Shown here: piece by piece, positions 63,612 through 64,000 of the stretch
How the letters are laid out: every line of letters starts with the position of its first letter
Position numbering within the stretch: the stretch's first letter is position 1
DNA from: a bacterium
Lineage (GTDB): Bacteria; Patescibacteriota; Patescibacteriia; Patescibacteriales; JAKAJF01
DNA length: 64,000 nucleotides
Assembly (NCBI GenBank): GCA_021788015.1
Contig: JAJYLD010000001.1
Coordinates: 17,581-81,580, forward strand
Direction of reading: 5' to 3'
Position numbers and translations under genes: made by a program
Notes under the pieces: generated by a model
Databases searched by the model: none
Told to the model about the DNA's origin: nothing
What the model saw: the letters and a program-made list of their open reading frames with translations, nothing else

Positions 63612-64000
63612 ATGGCGACATTATATCGAAAATACAGACCGCAGAATTTTAACGAAGTTGTCGGGCAAAATCACATAAAATTGACTTTGGAGCATGAGAT
63701 CGAGTCGGGCAAGATCGCCCATGCTTATCTTTTTTGTGGGCCGAGAGCGGTCGGCAAAACGACCATGGCCAGGGTTTTCGCGAAAGCGATCAATTGCCAA
63801 AACCGGAAAGAAGGAGAATTCGAGCCGTGCAACAAATGCGAAAGTTGTAAAGACATAACCGAAGGCAGAAGCATGGACATAATCGAAATCGACGCGGCGA
63901 GTCATACGGGAGTGGATAATGTTCGCGAGAACATAATCGCTTCGGCGAGAGTCGCGCCGACGCGTGAGAAATTTAAAGTTTTTATCATAGACGAAGTGCA
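63612..64000 (+). CDS. dnaX: DNA polymerase III subunit gamma/tau, 5' part (runs off window)
   Basis: MATLYRKYRPQNFNEVVGQNHIKLTLEHEIESGKIAHAYLFCGPRAVGKTTMARVFAKAINC...CNKCESC...IIEIDAAS. Absent from the ORF track because there is no stop within the window. Confidence 0.92.
   Translation, partial: MATLYRKYRPQNFNEVVGQNHIKLTLEHEIESGKIAHAYLFCGPRAVGKTTMARVFAKAINCQNRKEGEFEPCNKCESCKDITEGRSMDIIEIDAASHTGVDNVRENIIASARVAPTREKFKVFIIDEV

Overview
This is a 64-kb, gene-dense, AT-rich bacterial chromosome segment. Its style looks like an uncultivated Patescibacteria/CPR-type organism: few Shine-Dalgarno sites on backbone genes, ~100-nt AT-rich palindromes in intergenic gaps, many small membrane-anchored hypotheticals and sparse metabolism. 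That placement is inference; nothing was searched.

Backbone genes, in order:
- MacAB-like efflux set (HlyD adaptor, ATPase, FtsX permease) with three DUF5666-like paralogs
- NUDIX, cupin, NRAMP transporter, ABC-2 exporter, metallophosphoesterase
- three-domain LigD
- GlsB/YmgE, DUF1059, DUF72
- CTD-less RelA/SpoT homolog, PAS/GAF protein, C39-like peptidase
- TypA, AI-2E transporter, archease+RtcB
- tRNA-Leu(CAA), ParA/ParB, CysS, GGDEF cyclase, Dus, CorA, ProB, GNAT
- VirD4/TraG-like ATPase, OmpR/HK pair, cytochrome-b5 protein, second ABC-2 system
- HU, Pcm, spermidine-synthase-like membrane protein, ECF sigma with membrane partner, and the 5' end of dnaX

The backbone is interrupted by more G+C-rich cassettes that carry strong GGAGG ribosome-binding sites and TTGACA-type promoters. 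The largest (about 28.6-35.2 kb, minus strand) holds purC, a frameshifted purE-like gene, a CPBP protease, an MtnA-family isomerase, split purH genes and small ORFs. It abuts tRNA-Leu and decayed tRNA-Leu fragments.

Most notable observations:
1. A tandem pair of riboswitch-like aptamer+terminator units upstream of ligD, of a class I cannot name.
2. An in-frame UGA exactly at the catalytic-Cys codon of the MtnA-family gene, followed by a hairpin.
3. A structured GC-rich RNA region with SD-sequestering helices among tiny basic ORFs (38.2-38.6 kb).
4. Several dispersed repeat families: a MITE-like element and AT-rich palindromes, some flanking single genes such as corA, a GIY-YIG gene and a four-helix-bundle gene.
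5. A concentration of frameshifts and nonsense codons in accessory genes.

No rRNA, CRISPR array, transposase or integrase was seen. All RNA-element coordinates are hand-derived and may be off by a few nt.
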